DNA of 64,000 nucleotides, taken from assembly GCA_964016885.1 (NCBI GenBank), contig OZ024743.1:363010001-363074000 (forward strand). The letters run 5' to 3'. Below are positions 25,430 to 39,041 of the stretch, in pieces (position 1 is the stretch's first letter; every line of letters starts with the position of its first letter). The notes under the pieces were generated by a model. That model was not told the DNA's origin. It searched no databases and saw only the letters and a list, made by a program, of their open reading frames with translations. Origin of the DNA: Eledone cirrhosa (taxonomy: Eukaryota). The position numbers and the translations under genes were made by a program.

Positions 25430-26510
25430 CTTTTACAGTAGCCTCATATTTCTTTTATTTGAATTCAAACAAAAGAAAGAAACATCTTTAAGTACAGTAT
25501 GATTATTTTGGATTTTTTGTTGGGGAATAACAGCCTGTTTCGTGGTGGGCTGCTTTCGAAACAGGCACAGTCGGTAGCTCTGCAATTCATTGGAGTATAG
25601 GGAGAGGCCTGCCAACAATATTCCAATTTTTAGTAGGGCAATCATATACCCTCATCTTTAAGCTTCCAAATGAAACGGAACAAAAAACGAAGACCAGGTT
25701 TACACGGGACCTACAGGATGAAGATATTGTAGCTACTATCCTTTACAGTTGTTTACAGTGAGTCTTTTTCTGTTCTTCAGAATGCTATCTCACGGAGTGA
25801 GAGTAGCTCTATATACCACGGTTTTAGAAAGGTAGCGCCTCCACCTCCATGAACAAATGACTGAATCTCGATAATTGCAAGTGTTTGTTGGGGTTAAGGC
25901 AGCGCAAATATGTTTTTATTTGTGACTTGCAATCGTGGGGCTGATGTCTAGGCAGAATTGGATAGTTTTTACATCATGTGCATTGAAAGGTGTGTGTACT
26001 CGTAAGACAGAAAGATATTATTAAGATTAATCTTGTCATTTACGTTATGAGGTAAATTAAACCAGATGACCTGCTTCCTGATTCTCCTCAGATTTAGAAT
26101 GGGAGAGATTTTCCCGTGTAGATAAACCTTTCACCGAAGCCACGTCTCGCTAGAGACTCCTTATAGTGGGATGCAGCCTTGTCGAATAATTCCCTATTGG
26201 TGGATAAATAATAGACTTCCCTACTTATATCTGCTACTAGCTTCCTAATTGTAGTTATGGGTGATGGGAGTCGTTATAGATATATACAGTCACCACGTTT
26301 AGATACATACAGGAGTAGTGTTTAACTTATGTATAGGTCTTCAAAACTAGATATAATTCTATCATAACATTTTTCTGTTGGAACAAAATGGTGGAGCTAC
26401 GATAGTACTGAGGTTGGGTAGCTTGTGGAATTTGCAAGCGATATTTGACCATGGCTTCAGAGAGGTTGTTTACACCAGTATCACATTCTATAGACACGCC
26501 TGTTTTAAGA
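25430..26510 (-). pseudogene. Heavily decayed Hydra-like PLE RT/GIY-YIG fragment
   Basis: Manual RC translation gives ELFDKAASHYKESLARRGF, YIYNDSHHP and VVYRATL, collinear with the 737-aa ORF. Confidence 0.7.
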
Positions 26511-26518
26511 ACGTTATG

Positions 26519-26557
<39 letters not shown>

Positions 26558-26854
26558 CCTCTCGCAGGCGTGACATTCCTGCAGAATTTGTACGTGTATC
26601 ACTGCTTTTCAATCAATGTAAAGATAAACACAGAAACGGATACACGCACACACACATACACATGTATGTGTGCGTGTGTGTATATATATATATATATATT
26701 CAAATGAATCAGTGTGTGTATTTGTGTATGTATGGGTGCGGGTGTCTGTGTCTATGTTTATGTTTATGACTGTCTGTATGTATGTTCCATGACACAGTGG
26801 TTTGACAAAAGAAGATCGATAGAATAAATACCACACTATTTTAAACAGAACTGA

Positions 26855-27430
26855 TATACAATCATACTCAACTACAACGAACTTAGAAAGTTTCATAGCA
26901 AGACAAAATAATAAGCGCCTCCGAAACCACAATAACAGTAATCAAACATCAATTCAAGCTAATATCCCTTCCTCAACTTCATCTTCATCTCAACCCACAC
27001 ACCAAACCAACAATAGCAAGCGGGCACCAACGCATCTACCTTAAACGACAGAACAATTCCAGATTTTGATCGACATGCTCTGGTACATTGTAACAATATC
27101 GTGTACCAGTAAGAAATTACAACGAGCCATAGGATATTTAGATATGTGAGGTCCACATCCAACGTTTTAAAGAAAAGATGGTATGTGAATATCCCTTCGT
27201 TTAAAAATCCGAAACTTCGAAAACTCTACCTCGTTGACTAGAAAAATATGGGAATTAAATAAATGGAAAAAATTAGAATATAAATTGTCGTGATCAATTC
27301 TACGATTCACCGACCCCTAACAACGTGAAAGAAAGGTGCGATGGTAACACTAGAAATCTTGACACGAAAGAAATTACTAAATTCTAGACAGGATAGGATA
27401 TTCAACTGTAAGCACAAATACCTAAAATGC
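26855..27430 (+). pseudogene. Decayed Hydra-like PLE linker/GIY-YIG fragment
   Basis: SYSTTTNLESFIARQNNK and NIVYQ align with TYSSTKNLAQNINRINN and NIIYN of the 737-aa ORF. Confidence 0.6.
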
Positions 27431-28319
27431 TTTCTAATTATAATCTTAGCTAAACCATGATAAGCATCTATTACTCTGCTTTCATTTTTAAAATTATTTT
27501 TCTCTATTTCTATGTTTCAAATGGCTGGTTTTATTACATAGACGAGTGACACTAATTCCACCATTTCAGCCTCACCCTCATCTGTAACTTTTATGCTGAT
27601 ACTACTAAAATGAATGAATTCATGACCTGTTCATTTTTTTACCACAATAGCCAGTGCCATCACTTATATGATCCCCTTTGATCTATAGATTAACTATTTC
27701 TCAGCTAATGACATATCTTATTTATGTCGTACTAAGATTGCTGGAAGCCCATAGGTCAACTTCTTAATTCTTCGTCTTCTTTCGTTCTATACCAGTATCA
27801 CTAGAAATTTTAGATATTGTATTTATTCTCTAAGGATTCATTGAGTAACGATGTAATTAATACGAGGGATTATCACCTGGAATATCACACCACAGGACTC
27901 AATTATACATGTTAAGAAATCTATAGTAAGCTGCTTCTTCAATAATAGTTGCATAATCATTCCACAGGTTTGAATTTATCAACGAAAGTAAAAACTATCT
28001 TATCTTCTAATATATATACAATGAGATTCTTCACAGTTTCCGACTACCAAACCTCATCTATAAAGCGTTGATAATCTTGTGGACATGATAGGCATTTATC
28101 CAAAATTCCACGGAAAAGCGTACACTAAATACGGCTAACCAGACCACTGGGAGAAAGTATGTCCCGCACATAATGTTTTTATTTTGTTTCAATCTTTATA
28201 GATCCAGGTGGATTGACCTGACAAAGAAATCAGTTGCACAGACGTAGAAAATAGGGGTCAAAAGGGGCCCTCATAATTTGATTAGTTATATCGTGAATTA
28301 ACAACCTAAATTAGAGACG

Positions 28320-28568
28320 CATAGATAGAGGAGGAGGAGGGGTGGAGGAGATTGAGAAGCAGGAGATGAGGAGAAGTAGGAAGAGGATGAGGAGGATGAG
28401 GAAGAAGAAGAATGAGGAGGGGGAACTACTTGGGGGATGCTGTCGTATCAAGGATGTACTGCTTTTACTTCCCATAAGATGAAATACCCTATCAGTTAAC
28501 ACAGTTGTACACCAATACACATATATACATGCATACATAAATGCATACCTGCATGTATACATACATAC

Positions 28569-28599
<31 letters not shown>

Positions 28600-30040
28600 C
28601 ATACATACATACATACATACATACAAACATGGGGGATGCCAACTCGTTTTCGAGTACGGCCACTACTTTATATCCATGTAGGAGAACCCCTACCGATGCG
28701 CTAAGCAAGTGTGACTTTTTAGTCCAGCCAGCGACTTGAAAACTCTGGTACAAACACTACACCTGTGACAATTACTGACACATAGTGCTGGGCCCATGGC
28801 ACCATGTGACGACAAGTGCAGAGAGATCTCCAGATATAAAGCAATGCCTGTGCCGTGAAGCTTTTATAGTGAGCAAAGGCACTGCACAAAGCCAGTCCCA
28901 CTCTCTTAACCAAGATGATATTTACCAAAAAGAAGAACAAGTCAACATCATTGGATACCATCAGGGTTGCAGGTGTTATATCAGAGTTTTCCTTCTCCTA
29001 GAATTCTGCCTTGACAAAGGCTAAGGGGTCATCTCTCCCGGTGATTTTGGATGGCCATTGACACTTAAGAGCTCCTTTGCTCCTTGACAGGTTTTGTTTT
29101 TAGTCCTGCAGGATGTCCAAAGTCACCCTCCTCACCAAGAAACCTTGGTGAGGTTGCCAGTTTAGTCGCCAACGACCCGACCATGAGACAGGTTGTACTG
29201 GGATACATGTTACCAGTAGCACCAACTGGTGACCTGACCTGACATACAAACATACATACATACATACATACATGATGGCTGAAAACTCTGCTAAGAGTAT
29301 TGAAATCGCTTGTCAGATTATAGAGTTTGGTACACTTTTAGGCTACAGCTAACCACACGAACCTTTAACATATCCTGAACAAGCAATGTCGGTGCTTTGA
29401 AGGTTTTTAAGTGGAGAAAGGCCTTGCACTCGCCCAATACCACTCTCTGAGCATCGAAAACACTACCCGAAAAGGAGAACTGGTCAATATCATCGGATGC
29501 TTCCGAAGCCGCAGGGTTATTTTTTTTTTCAGAGTTTCCCTCTCTTAGAAAGGTGTTGTGACAACAACTGGAGGCCTTTCACTTCCAGGGGAAAAAGTAT
29601 TATTTGGATGGCTGTTGACTCTGCTGAGTTGCTCTGCCCTTTGCCGGGTCTTGTATTTCATCCCGCAGGGTGTCTAAATATCACCCTCCTCACTAAGCAA
29701 GCTTGGTGGGGTTGCCGGTTTAGTCGCCGACGACCCGGTCATGAGACAGGTTGTACTGGGTTACATGTTACCAGTAGCACTCGAGAGCGACCTGGGTAGG
29801 AGGAGGTGGAGGAGATAGAGGACCAGGAAATGCGAAGAAGAAGAAGAAGAAGAAGAAGAAGAAGAAGAAGAAGAAGAAGAAGAATAATGAACTACTTGGG
29901 GGATGCTGTCGTTTCAAGGATGTACTGTTTTTACTTCCTATAAGATGAAATAGCCTATCAGTTAACACAGTTGTACACCAATACACATGCATACATGCAC
30001 ACATATATGCATACATAAATTCATACATACATACATACAT
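28320..30040 (+). repeat. Diverged local duplication (~28320-28600 vs ~29800-30040) plus a second repeat pair (~29080-29222 vs ~29640-29780)
   Basis: gaactacttgggggatgctgtcgt...acagttgtacaccaatacac occurs twice; ggttgcc.gtttagtcgcc.acgacccg..catgagacaggttgtactggg occurs twice. Confidence 0.8.
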
Positions 30041-30866
30041 AGACACACACTCGATATACGCATTTGCACATCCGGATAGACTGGAGCAAGAATTAGAAGA
30101 CTAGCAGTTCTACATATCATAACAGTACAGATACCCAGTAGAACTGTGAGGTTAATTTTTAATTTAAGCTGTTATGTGTGGAATTGAGCCTTGTTTTTTC
30201 AGTGAAACAAAACAACAGCAACAACAAAATCAGACAGCCTGGGTAAAGTGATATGGAGACACTCCTTTATAAAAACCAACAAAACCAGAAGAAATGAGAA
30301 ACTGTTGCTTAAAAAATAAATACATAACCGGAATCGTTATCTGATCTTGCAAAATTTGTAATGTCTTGAGGAAAGCTAGTTCAAAATAAACTATATAAAC
30401 ACACCCGGATAACTAAAATAAATAAATAAATGAATACATAAAGTTGTCAACGGCGTTTTGAAATGAAATTGTAATTTCCTGACCATGTGTTGATTCAATT
30501 TAAATTTAGACAGGACTTTAGACATGATTCATACAGATTAATCTCCCTTTTAAATTCATTGCGAAACTCTAGTTATATTTTGCCGTTTTGTATTGTCTGT
30601 TAAGTTTCAAAGGATAAACATTTGGAGCGTTTTATTCTAACAGAATCTCGTGAATGTATTTCTGTAAATACTTGTGTGAAGAGTGTACAAAATAAATCAA
30701 ATCAATTGTGTTCATTGAATTTAATATTGTTGAAGAAATTCCTTAAGGTCCAGGTAAGAGTTGAAAATTCTAGATGCAATGCTTTTCACACGAATACCTA
30801 CTGTTGCTTTTGAATGTCAAATTTACAACAGTAACATTTTAAGTGGCTCAAAACATTATTAAAATA

Positions 30867-31053
30867 TGGATTGGCAGTATCGGTAGAGGGTCGGATGCCA
30901 TGCTTTGACGCATAGAGTTACGGCCCTTCCCGTTCTGAGTTCAATTCCCGCCAATGTTAACTTTGCCTTACATCCTTATGGGGTCAATAAAATAAAGTAC
31001 CAGTATGCACTGGGTAATTGCTGGCCTTGCGCCAAAGGTAGAAACAATTATTA
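30867..31053 (+). mobile_element. tRNA-derived SINE (family A)
   Basis: Family consensus with ATT tail. Confidence 0.9.
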
Positions 31054-31325
31054 TATTTCTAAAAGTTCTAAAAGTAAACATTATTTAAGAAGTGAACCGG
31101 ACAGCGACTCTCGTGAAACAGGACCAATGCAAACTGGAATTAATTAGCAAGGGAGATTATTAAATCGAAGAGAACCAACCAAAAGAATAATAAATTAAAA
31201 TAATACTAAAAACTGTAATGTAACAAAATTGTAATGTGACTAAGGGTGTCGCAAATATATACTAAGAATAATGTAATTGAAAAGGGTAAAAATTCAACAC
31301 TACTGTTGAATCTATAATGTAGTTA

Positions 31326-31745
31326 TCTCTATATATATAAAACTGAGGATGTCTGTGTGTGTGTATGAGTTTGAATCCCTAAAACTCGAGAACCACCCAA
31401 CCGACTGTTTTCAAACTTTACACATGTAATACTTATGTTTCAGGGAGTCTTCTGAGCAAAACATTTCAAATTTCCAATGCCCTAGGGACCGCATTAGGCG
31501 ATTTAGCTATCTCTCTCTATAATTCTTAGTTTTTCTCTTTTTAGATAGATACATACATATAACGTCGCGCCCTTATAATATCCGTCTGTATATCTGGCTG
31601 TCTGCATTACGTCACTTCCCTGAGGATGTCTGTCTGTCTGTGTGTTTGTGTGTGTGTCTGTGAGTTTGAATCCATAAAACTCGAGAAGTACCCAACCGAT
31701 CTTTTACAAACTTCACATGTGTATTACTTATGTTTCAGGGAGTGA
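31326..31745 (+). mobile_element. Non-autonomous Helitron 5' part (family of 15012-15600) with internal duplication
   Basis: A|TCTCTATATATATAAAACTGAGG start; 31620-31745 repeats 31344-31445. Confidence 0.8.
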
Positions 31746-31837
<92 letters not shown>

Positions 31838-31884
31838 TATTATTGTTTAACATTATGCATACATTATGTATATATATATATACA

Positions 31885-32730
31885 CAGTTAAATACAACTT
31901 TACATGCGAATCTGAAAACCTAATCTATGTTTTGACCTGCTCAGGTTGTCGAGTGCACTACATAGGACAGACAAAAAACAGCCTCCAACAACGTATGACC
32001 GTCCATAGATCACAAATAAAAATACAGGAATACACAAAGATTGCTTTTAGTGAATATATCGCCAATTGTGCACCTAACCAATAACCAAACTTTAAAATTT
32101 TCCCCATTTACAAATTCATAGACAACGCTTCTTTCATCTATCGTACTAATAAGGAAACGTACTTCATTAAAAAATTCCAACCTCTACTTAATGGACTAAA
32201 CTTCGGACTAAACTAAAACTGGAACGAACAATGAACCATAGCCCAAAATTCCTACGTTCTCTAAAGAGTTACCTCCCTAACACCCTACCTAATCCTTTTT
32301 CTTATATAAATGAATTACCCCCTCTCCTCTCTTTATTTTACCCGACCACCCTGAATTACCTCTCCCTGCATATTAACTCTTTAAAAAGGGAAAACATATC
32401 CAACCGCAGACTACCATTTCCCTCCATCATGGGTCAACTTCTCTAAGCGCTCCTGCCATAATAACACTTTTTGAACTGCTTATCCTCAAGAACTATACCT
32501 GTAAATAGTATTATTCTTTCTTTCCCATTACCTTATCATGTTCCACATCTCCTTATCTTCTCTCCTACATTTTATACCAATGCAAATTCCTCTTTTTTCT
32601 CTCTCCCACTCACATAATTTGATAATGCATAAAATGCTGAAACCGGTAATTGACAATTATTAAATAATTTAATTAATAAATAAATACATAAATGCTATTG
32701 TTAATTAATAAATAAATTAACTAATACCTT
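31885..32730 (+). mobile_element. Neptune-like PLE 3' fragment (GIY-YIG + pLTR with U3-A8 HHR at 32616-32651)
   Basis: FTCESENLIYVLTCSGCRVHYIGQTKNSLQQRMTVHR, closely similar to 61340-61460. aat-TTGATAA-tgcat-aaa-atgct-GAAA-ccg-g-TA-att. Confidence 0.85.
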
Positions 32731-32845
32731 AACAATTCACACAAAGTAAAATATTTTGTTTTAAACATTTTCTAACCCAGAAAAAATAGAAAAAAATAAA
32801 GGAATAAAATATTCTTTTCTTACTAATAATCGTTTTTTTCTCCCT

Positions 32846-32973
<128 letters not shown>

Positions 32974-33180
32974 ATGTGTATATACATAATGTATGCATAA
33001 TGTTAAACAATGAAAAGATAACAATACAAGTTAGAGTAGTATTTAGTTAATTGCTTTACGATCGTTTCAGATGCCAAAATATCGATATACAGACTAATGG
33101 ATGGTATTTATGTAACTCCAAAAATGCACATTTTCTCTACTGTTCTATATTTTTCACTCTGTTATTCTACATACATATAT

Positions 33181-34057
33181 ATAGTAGAATAATCGAGTAT
33201 CGAAAAATCGGCGCACGAGTTCACGATAAACAAAATTCGATATGAGCGGCAGAGGGCTCCATAATTTAGATAAATCAGAGCTATAACTATCGTTAAAATA
33301 CCGTCACACATAGAACAAGTCTATAATCAACCGTACGATCGAAAAGTTGCGATCTGGAAGATTCGGGACACTCAGATAAAAAATCAATAAATCAATAAAT
33401 CAAATGAATGTAAAAAGCATACCCGGACCCGCTGGAAAGATGTTAAATCTAGCTTCTTGGGTTTCTGTAAATCCTTAAACTGTTCTCTATCAGCTCACAT
33501 AAAAATATATAAGACTTCTAGATACCAGCGGACAGGAAATTTACTTCCTCAACGAGCTTTGTCCAAACGAATGAAAGGCATAACCCAGGCTAAATACGCA
33601 CATGGAATTCGGCAAGGGAAATAACCTCTATATCCGCGAAAAATATTCGGGAAAATGTGGAAATACACATATCGAATAAGAGTGCTCAATAGACATGTTA
33701 AAATAAACAGGAGCTATTCATCATTTAATAGAATCGACAAAAAATGAACAATAAAATTAACTGGTCAATAGCTAGGTCTAGAGCTTAATATAGTAGAATA
33801 ATCGAGTATCGAAAAATCGGTCAATAGCTAGGTCTAGAGCTAAATATAGTAGAATAATCGAGTATCGAAAAATCGGCGCACGAGTTCACGATAAACAAAA
33901 TTCGATATGAGCGACAGAGGGCTCCATAATTTAGATAACTATCGTTAAAATACCGTCACACATAGAACAAGTCTATAATCAACCGTACGATCGAAAAGTT
34001 GCGATCTGGAAGATTCGGGACACTCAGATAAAAAATCAATAAATCAATAAATCAAAT
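33181..34057 (-). mobile_element. Non-coding element with ~220-bp direct repeats (period ~665 bp); another end copy at ~5980-6080 (+)
   Basis: tagtagaataatcgagtatcgaaaaatcggcgcacgagttcacg at 33182 and 33847, partial at 33790; RC copy near 6030-6075. Confidence 0.7.
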
Positions 34058-34829
34058 ATAGACAGACAGGCATACAGACAAACAGACAAACAGACACATA
34101 GAAATTCATTTATAACTACTAGAGTGTCTGTACTGCAAATCTATCTCGGGACATCTAAACTTTGAAACATCTGTCATCAAAATGTTTCATGTGATATGTG
34201 CCATACTTCCGGGCCTGGTGACATAAACGACAATTTCTTCTTCTTCTTCTTCTTCTTCTTCTTCTTCTTCTTCTTCTTCTTCTTCTTCTTCTTCTTCTTC
34301 TTCTTCTTCTTCTTCTTCTTCTTCTTCCCTGTAATCAAAGGGGGTGGGGAAAGGGTACAAATCATACCCTACCAACTTTGAAAAAAAGGACACGTTATAT
34401 AACAATTTTTGCTCATAGCAAAAATTCAGAATTGTTATGGCTGAAATGGGTCTACTCAATAAGCGTGACCTAGGGCTAAACAATAACTGCTGTAGCTGTT
34501 TGCCTACATTAATTACAATCCCCAAGTATTACGTCCACTATAAAACTACTGTCAATAACACGGTCACCTCTCCTCTCCTCACAACTACCAATAATACCAT
34601 TACAACCACCATTATCACCACCGCCAATACTAACACGACTACTATTAGCACTGCTGATATATTGTACTGATGGTGGTGGAAACGAGGGATTACAAGGAAG
34701 CTGCAATAATGCTCATATATATATATATATATGTGAAGATAGACATAGAATATTCGAAAATATTCTGTATGTTTATAATAAACATTTTGAAGACCTAATC
34801 GCTATAGAATAGAATACGTCACGTATTAC

Positions 34830-34958
<129 letters not shown>

Positions 34959-36318
34959 CCATATATATAACTGAAAGGACCATTATATTTTGAATGCTAC
35001 AAAAATATATCCCCCGATTCTCCCACTGAGTAAACTCCTAAAAGATTAGAACAGACTGAACTGGTATACCATATTATCACACACATGCTCAATACATGAA
35101 AGACGAAACACAAGTGTCAAACAAAGGGACATTGAATCATCTTTCCGGTTCAGTACGCTGTGACAAAAACTGGAGTGTGGTCATGATGATACTCCGAAGA
35201 CCTTAGAGCCATTCCGGAGCTGGAGCACATTGTGGGTGTAGAAAGAAGAGTGAAGATAGAAGAGTGATACTATTCTTAGTCCAGAGCAGAAAATTCAGCT
35301 GTTACACGTGCGACAGTAATAGATACTAGATGGTTTTCTGTCTTGAGGTACTGAAAAGGTAGAGAAAGAGAGAAATCGACCGGGAACAAGAGCAATGATA
35401 AAACAACAGATCCCAGAAACTTTTGCTTCCATATCAAAACCAGCTGCATTTTCACGTACAGCGACAAAAATAGCTCCGTCCTCAATGACAAGAACCAATG
35501 ACATTTATAGTTGATTTTAACGGTTAGGTAGATTAAAAAGCTATGCCTGAAGAAACGAATAAAGGTTCATATCAGTAGCTATCCACGATTGTTTGTTTGG
35601 TGTCATCAGTATATTCGGTTGGTATGAGCAGCGAAAACAGAAGAGTCGTTTTCGACGGTGTTCGTTACTTGAAATCTTCTTTCTTTGAATCCTGGACGCC
35701 CGATGAAGTCGTAGGTGCATCGTTACGATATCATCGTCTCGGACATTTTAAACATGGAGAAATGTAGAGATAAGGAAAGTAAGAAAGATAGGGAAAAGAA
35801 TAAGAATCGATCCCAGTATTGGACTGATACTTTATCGATCCCGAAAGATGCCCGGCAAAGTAGGTTTTGAACACAGAGCTCGTAGAACCAGAGCGGATAC
35901 ATCTAGGCATTCAATGAAATATTGATTTCAATGAATAGCATTAACGTGAGCTTGTACTAGGACGGTGGACTAGCTCAGTGAAAATTGTTGATAATTATAG
36001 ATATTTTTCTGGACCTACCTATTTACAATTTACATCATATCCATATATTCAAACCTAGCGAATAATGTCTCATCCCCGCTAAATAAATTATCATTAAAAG
36101 CCTTAAATAAGTTAATAGGTCAGCCAATTTTAGTACAATAATGACTCTGCCAGTTCGTCTCCTTATTTGAACTCTACAATACTTCAAAGTATTGGAAATA
36201 TCACAGCAATTGAAATTATTGATGAAACCTAACAAACTCTAACAGATTCAGCTGTTACACAAAATTTCAAATTATATTGTAGTTACTAGTGAAACGAAAC
36301 GTCTGTCTACAACATAAT

Positions 36319-36503
36319 TGTTTCTACTTTAGGCACAAGGCCAGCAATCACCCCAGTGCATTACTGGTACTTTATTTTATCAACCCCGTAAGGATGAAAG
36401 GCAAAGTCAACCTTGGCGGGATTTGAACTCAGATCGTAAAGGGACGTAACTATGCTGGAAAGCATGGCGTCCGACCCTCCACCGATACTGCCAATCCACC
36501 GCC
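36319..36503 (-). mobile_element. Full-length SINE (family A) with 19-bp TSD
   Basis: TSD cgtctgtctacaacataat at 36300-36318 and 36512-36530. Confidence 0.92.
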
Positions 36504-36910
36504 CTACAATCCGTCTGTCTACAACATAATGAACGATATTTAGAGGGAGAACTAATGAATCATTTTTTAACAGCATCATGGAGGGAGGCATTGCCGAATT
36601 CACCGTGTCTCTAGACACGTACCTCTATCTGTGGTTGTTGTTTTGATAAACAGAAGGGTACTAGGAAATGTTGGGGGAAGACGAGTGGGTGTACATTAAA
36701 GACCAAAGTCGCACGTTTAGATGGATTTAGCTATATTTCCATATGTTTAAACAAGTATATATATGACACCGACAACTAATATAAAAGAGCCCCCCTTAGA
36801 ATATTGACCCCAACTATACAAGCGGAGTTGCTGATGTATACAACGATTTCAAACTGCTAGCCTTGAGTGATACGTTGATGTAAACAATGATCTTGCAATC
36901 ACATGTTATA

Positions 36911-36957
36911 TGCCTTGATAAGTCCCACCATGGGGTCGGACGAAACGGCTGTCGGCA
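36911..36957 (+). ncRNA. Type I hammerhead ribozyme, U3-A8 core variant
   Basis: tgcc-TTGATAA-gtcc-caccatggggtc-ggac-GAAA-c-ggct-g-TC-ggca, followed by aataaa and (TA)n. Confidence 0.75.
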
Positions 36958-37001
36958 ATAAACTTGTTATAATGTCATAATAGTTCCTTTGTTCTTTTTC
37001 A

Positions 37002-37071
<70 letters not shown>

Positions 37072-37217
37072 TGGCTTCTACAGGACTAGAACTGTTTCAT
37101 TCGAAGGAAATCATCAGGAAGGGCTTTCTGGTGAGACCCCCCCCCCCATATATATATATATATATATATATATTTAGAAAGAGAGAGAGAGAAAGAAAGA
37201 GGGAGATAGAGAGAGAT

Positions 37218-37280
<63 letters not shown>

Positions 37281-37314
37281 ATACCCCACCCCCCTCACAC
37301 ACACACATATATAT

Positions 37315-37515
37315 ATAGGAAAATAGTCAGGACCCCGACGGCAGAGCTCAAGCCGTTTCGCCGGCTATTTCTGGACCCAGAAATAACCGAGTCCAGAAAT
37401 AGCCGTCGAAACGGCTTGAGCTCTGCCGTCGGGGTCCTGACTATTTTCCTATTACCCACTCTACTACCCAGAGTATCGAGTACTATGGTGCGTTATGGTC
37501 CGCCTGGTTCCTTAC

Positions 37516-37516
<1 letters not shown>
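37315..37516 (+). mobile_element. Fold-back PLE end, family F1 (hairpin 37315-37452)
   Basis: Inverted repeat, HHR 3' half, (TA)n flanks. Confidence 0.75.
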
Positions 37517-37585
<69 letters not shown>

Positions 37586-37908
37586 TATATAAGTATATAT
37601 ACGTACATACATATATGTATACAAACGTACAGTAGTATGTATATATATACATACATGCACACATATATATATATGTACGTATGGATTCACCGAACATTTA
37701 TTATAATGCTCGGTTTGTTTGTAAACAAACACCCCGAATTAAGCCGTACAGTGTTTAGCAACCATCGTTGCCCTTTTTGTTCAACAAAGGAACGATGTAC
37801 TAGTTTCAAGCTTATTAGCTATCGTATGCAAATTAGGCTGCTCAGCCATTAATATGCATATGGAAAGTATATACTTTCAGACGTTCAATCATCTGGTAGG
37901 AAGGTATA

Positions 37909-37949
37909 CGGTGCTGACGATAGCTAATAAGCTTGAAACTAGTACATCG
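37909..37949 (+). ncRNA. Minimal type I hammerhead ribozyme
   Basis: cggtg-CTGACGA-t-agct-aata-agct-t-GAAA-c-ta-g-TA-catcg; predicted cleavage after 37944. Confidence 0.85.
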
Positions 37950-38089
37950 TTCCTTTGTCAGTGTTGAACAAAAAGGGCAACGATGGTTACTAAACAATGT
38001 ACGGCTTAATTCAGGATGTTTGTTTACAAACACACCGAGCATTATAATAAATGTTCGGTGAATCCATACGTACATATATATATGTGTGC

Positions 38090-38150
<61 letters not shown>

Positions 38151-38376
38151 CTACTGTACGTCTGTATACATATATGTATGTACGTATACATACTTATATT
38201 TAAGTAACAGCCGTACTAAGAGTGAGAAATGAAATTTGGTTTCATTTTTTCCGTTTATCGTTTTCGGTGCCCCGGCCGATTAACTCACTCGATATGCAAA
38301 TTAGGCTGTTCAGCCGTTAATATGCATAATGAAAGTATATACTTTCAGAAATTCAATCATCTGGCAGGAAGGTATA

Positions 38377-38417
38377 CGGTGCTGACGATAGCTAATAAGC
38401 TTGAAACTAGTACATCG
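38377..38417 (+). ncRNA. Minimal type I hammerhead ribozyme (second monomer)
   Basis: Identical to 37909-37949. Confidence 0.85.
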
Positions 38418-38694
38418 TTCCTTTGTCAGTGTTGAACAAAAGGGCAACGATGGTTGCTAAACACTGTACGACTTAATTCGGGATGTTTGTTTACAAACAA
38501 ACCGAGCATTATAATAAATGTTCGATAAATCCATACGTACATATATATATATATGTGTGCATGTATGTATATATATACATACTGCTGTACGTCTGTATAC
38601 ATACATGTATGTACGTATACATACTTATATTTAAGTAACAGCCGTACTAAGAGTGAGAAATGAAATTTCGTTTCATATATAAATATATATATAT

Positions 38695-38833
38695 ATTTAT
38701 TTATTAAAATAACAGATTAAAGTTTAAGCAAAGAATCGCTGCTTTCACCCTTAACGGGAGTTTCATAAAATCCCGTTAAGGGTGAAAGCAGCGATCCTTT
38801 TCTTAAACTTTAATCTGTTATTTTAATAAATAT
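38695..38833. repeat. Fold-back hairpin (family also at ~5800-5862)
   Basis: ~65-bp arms around gtttcataaaa; contains ccc-gttaa-ggg-t-GAAA, a stem II-like half core. Confidence 0.75.
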
Positions 38834-38904
38834 TTGCTCTACGGTTCTTATATAGTTGATATATATTTATCCTTATCAAGCCCTCTTTGGATTTTAGTCT
38901 TCAA

Positions 38905-38961
<57 letters not shown>

Positions 38962-38962
<1 letters not shown>

Positions 38963-39003
38963 TCACTGGGATAATTGCTGGCCTGGTGCCAAAAGTAGAA
39001 ACA

Positions 39004-39041
<38 letters not shown>

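Larger units (their letters stand above)
37590..38680 (+). mobile_element. Retrozyme-like tandem element (468-bp monomer, one HHR per unit) with inverted 5' segment
   Basis: HHRs at 37909-37949 and 38377-38417. 37590-37825 is an inverted partial copy. No coding signal; (TA)n flanks. Confidence 0.8.

Noticed and set aside
35276-35504. Short ORFs in unique-looking sequence as host exons
   Set aside because: No recognisable domain or convincing exon structure. A UTR or regulatory role cannot be excluded.
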